Below, in pieces: positions 62,178-64,000 of a DNA stretch of 64,000 nt. The DNA comes from Prochlorococcus sp. AG-459-B06 (GTDB taxonomy: Bacteria > Cyanobacteriota > Cyanobacteriia > PCC-6307 > Cyanobiaceae): contig QCQY01000004.1 in NCBI GenBank assembly GCA_003209475.1, positions 6,115 through 70,114 of the forward strand, read 5' to 3'. The notes under the pieces are model-generated. The model saw only the letters and a list, made by a program, of their open reading frames with translations, ran no database searches and was not told the origin of the DNA. Positions within the stretch are counted from its first letter, which is position 1; every line of letters starts with the position of its first letter. A program made the translations under genes and the position numbers.

Positions 62178-63200
62178 TTAGAAAGAAATGCCCGATGCAT
62201 TTAGAAAATCTTTATAAATATTTTGCCAATGTATAATCCTTTGTTCAAGTCTATTAGGCGGACCAAGTTTAAAATCTTCCAGATAAGACTTATGAACTGA
62301 TTCGACAATAACTTTATCTTCTCCAAGAAATTCTAATATACTTTTTTTCCAATTTTCTAAATCATTTTCACATAAAGAAGCAGAGGCTAATTTAATTTCA
62401 ATAATACACTGACCAATATTTTTAGGAAGATAATTTATTAAAACAATCCCTTTACCAGGCCAGATTATTAGATGGGTCCATGGGAGTAATCCAAAGGTAT
62501 ATAGATTTCCTTCACTACTAAGAGGGGTAACAAGTACATTACAAAATTCACTGAAGAAATACCTGTAGTTTTTAATTGGACCTTGTTCTTTATGTAGGGT
62601 ATCTTTATGGACTATTGCTACATGATAATCGTCCAGTGTATTGTCATGGGCAATTTTCCAATTGCAATTTAAGGTATCAGAAAATTCAGAAAAAATACTG
62701 TAATTCATATCCCATTGATCATTACATTTTCTCCCAACAAGCTCAATTTGATCATCTATAGATATTGGTTTTTTGCTGAAATTAATCCAAATTAAAGGTC
62801 CATTTATTAAAGAGTTAACTTTTTCTAAAAAATAATCATCTGTTTCTATTTTTGTTTCAAAATCGTACTTTAATGGCAAGGTTTTAAGTTTGCCAAAACT
62901 ATCAAAAGTCCAGCCATGGTAAGGACAAAAAATATTTTTAGAAGGATTTAACTTTGTTTTTGGCAAACACAATTTTGACCCACGATGAGGGCATCTATTT
63001 TTGAAAACAGTTATTAAATTTTTTTCTGAACAAGAGATTAATAATGATTGATTAAAGAATTTTTTTTCCAATATTTCGCAAGGTTTAATTTCTCCTATGA
63101 AAATCAATGGGTGCCAATAATTTTTTGAATAGTTTTCTAATTCAAGTTCAAAAATTTTTTGGTCGCTATAAAGCCAAGTAGGCAAAAAACTAGTTGACAT
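62178..63200 (-). CDS. Rieske non-heme iron oxygenase alpha subunit
   Basis: CPHRG and CPYHGW Rieske ligands; NWK...DN.LD.YH...H...ED mononuclear Fe site. Confidence 0.9.
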   Translation of the reverse strand: MSTSFLPTWLYSDQKIFELELENYSKNYWHPLIFIGEIKPCEILEKKFFNQSLLISCSEKNLITVFKNRCPHRGSKLCLPKTKLNPSKNIFCPYHGWTFDSFGKLKTLPLKYDFETKIETDDYFLEKVNSLINGPLIWINFSKKPISIDDQIELVGRKCNDQWDMNYSIFSEFSDTLNCNWKIAHDNTLDDYHVAIVHKDTLHKEQGPIKNYRYFFSEFCNVLVTPLSSEGNLYTFGLLPWTHLIIWPGKGIVLINYLPKNIGQCIIEIKLASASLCENDLENWKKSILEFLGEDKVIVESVHKSYLEDFKLGPPNRLEQRIIHWQNIYKDFLNASGISF

Positions 63201-63203
63201 TAT

Positions 63204-63965
63204 TTATTTTTTTTGGAGGCCTCTTAAAAAATCAGATAACTCATATCTTAATTTTGCAAAATCCGAATCAAGTTTCAATTTATCTAAATCTCCTTTTTGT
63301 AGATCTACCTTAACTTCTTTTATGATTCTTCCAGGATTAGGTGCCAAAATACATATTTGCTGAGAGAGAGCTAATGCTTCTTCAATATCATGGGTTATAA
63401 GTAAAACTGTCAATGAAGTTTTTTTCCATAATTCATAGAGAAATTTCTGCATAGATTCTCTTATCTGTAAGTCCAAGGCTCCAAAAGGTTCATCTAAAAG
63501 AAGAATTTTAGGGTTAGTTGCTAGAGCTCTTGCAATTGCAATCCTTTGTTGCATTCCTCCAGATAATTCTTTTGGATACTTATTTCCCGAATCCTGAAGA
63601 CCTACTACTTCTAATAAATAAGATGTCCTATATTTTATTTCTTTCAACTTGTAAGAATTTAAATTCATTCCAAATGCAATATTCTCAGATGCAGTGAGCC
63701 AAGGGAAAAGACTATATTTCTGAAAAACCATTCCTCTATCCAATCCCGGTCCACTAACTATTTTTCCATCTACTTTTACGTTCCCTTTCGATGGACTCTC
63801 AAGCCCAGCAATAATCCTCAATATAGTACTTTTACCTGATCCAGAGCTCCCAACAAGAGTTTTAAATTCGCCAGAACTTATTGAAAAGCTTATTCCATCA
63901 ATTGCCTTTTTTCTATTTGAACCTTCCCCAAAATATTTTGAAATATTATTAACATCTAATTTCAT
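63204..63965 (-). CDS. NitT/TauT-family ABC transporter ATP-binding protein
   Basis: GSSGSGKST, VFQ.YSLFPWLT, LSGGMQQR, DEPFGALD, THDIEEA. Confidence 0.92.
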   Translation of the reverse strand: MKLDVNNISKYFGEGSNRKKAIDGISFSISSGEFKTLVGSSGSGKSTILRIIAGLESPSKGNVKVDGKIVSGPGLDRGMVFQKYSLFPWLTASENIAFGMNLNSYKLKEIKYRTSYLLEVVGLQDSGNKYPKELSGGMQQRIAIARALATNPKILLLDEPFGALDLQIRESMQKFLYELWKKTSLTVLLITHDIEEALALSQQICILAPNPGRIIKEVKVDLQKGDLDKLKLDSDFAKLRYELSDFLRGLQKK

Positions 63966-64000
63966 TTAAACAGCCCATTTACATGTACGTCTAAGTAGCA
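63966..64000 (-). CDS. 3' end of upstream gene, probably the ABC permease (partial)
   Basis: ...LLRRTCKWAV* with TAA directly abutting the ATPase ATG. Confidence 0.5.
   Translation of the reverse strand, partial: LLRRTCKWAV

Larger units (their letters stand above)
26977..64000. mobile_element. flexible genomic-island-like region starting after tRNA-Val (boundaries approximate, no integrase seen)
   Basis: Switch to short ORFs, long AT-rich spacers, hli genes, paralogous small proteins; most marked from ~38.8 kb. Confidence 0.6.

Noticed and set aside
389-62761. Many ORF-track entries overlapping real genes (e.g. 389-592, 11385-11798, 13438-13896, 27650-27958, 30836-31186, 37624-37950, 38260-38565)
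   Set aside because: Antisense or out-of-frame shadows of well-supported genes, with no motifs
26905-64000. Prophage or integrative element at tRNA-Val
   Set aside because: No integrase, phage structural genes, transposase or duplicated tRNA 3' end seen in the window
1-64000. CRISPR array, rRNA, Yfr1 or Yfr2 copies
   Set aside because: No regularly spaced repeats, rRNA sequence, ACTCCTCACAC or tandem GGAAACA motifs noticed on reading

Overview
AT-rich cyanobacterial chromosome, most likely a high-light Prochlorococcus marinus (kaiBC without kaiA, hli genes, characteristic gene order). Bases 1-26.9 kb are core genome: pyrF, tyrS, pepA, msrA, the bamA-lpxC-fabZ-lpxA-lpxB operon, purC, purD, nblS, kaiBC, rplU-rpmA, truB, rnz, petF, prmA and serA. 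After tRNA-Val(GAC) at 26905-26976 a flexible, island-like region begins. It holds stress, repair and membrane genes (photolyase-like, truncated NAD ligase, pirin, two desaturases, three hli genes, an LptF-like permease), murD, dozens of small ORFs below the 60-aa cutoff, several candidate sRNAs, and at the right edge a NitT/TauT-type ABC ATPase coupled to a Rieske oxygenase. Most notable: (1) an NtcA box, a glutamine-II (Downstream-peptide) riboswitch and a 33-aa YRG peptide stacked at 56.76-56.96 kb; (2) a mirror-image hli locus flanked by two ~90-nt sRNA-like units sharing a GGGATAC loop; (3) an inverted pair of hairpins with an identical 17-nt core at 57.5-57.7 kb; (4) a recurring TNAGTA-N4-TACTNA palindrome; (5) CP12-C-like micro-proteins. 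All calls come from reading the sequence; no database searches were run.
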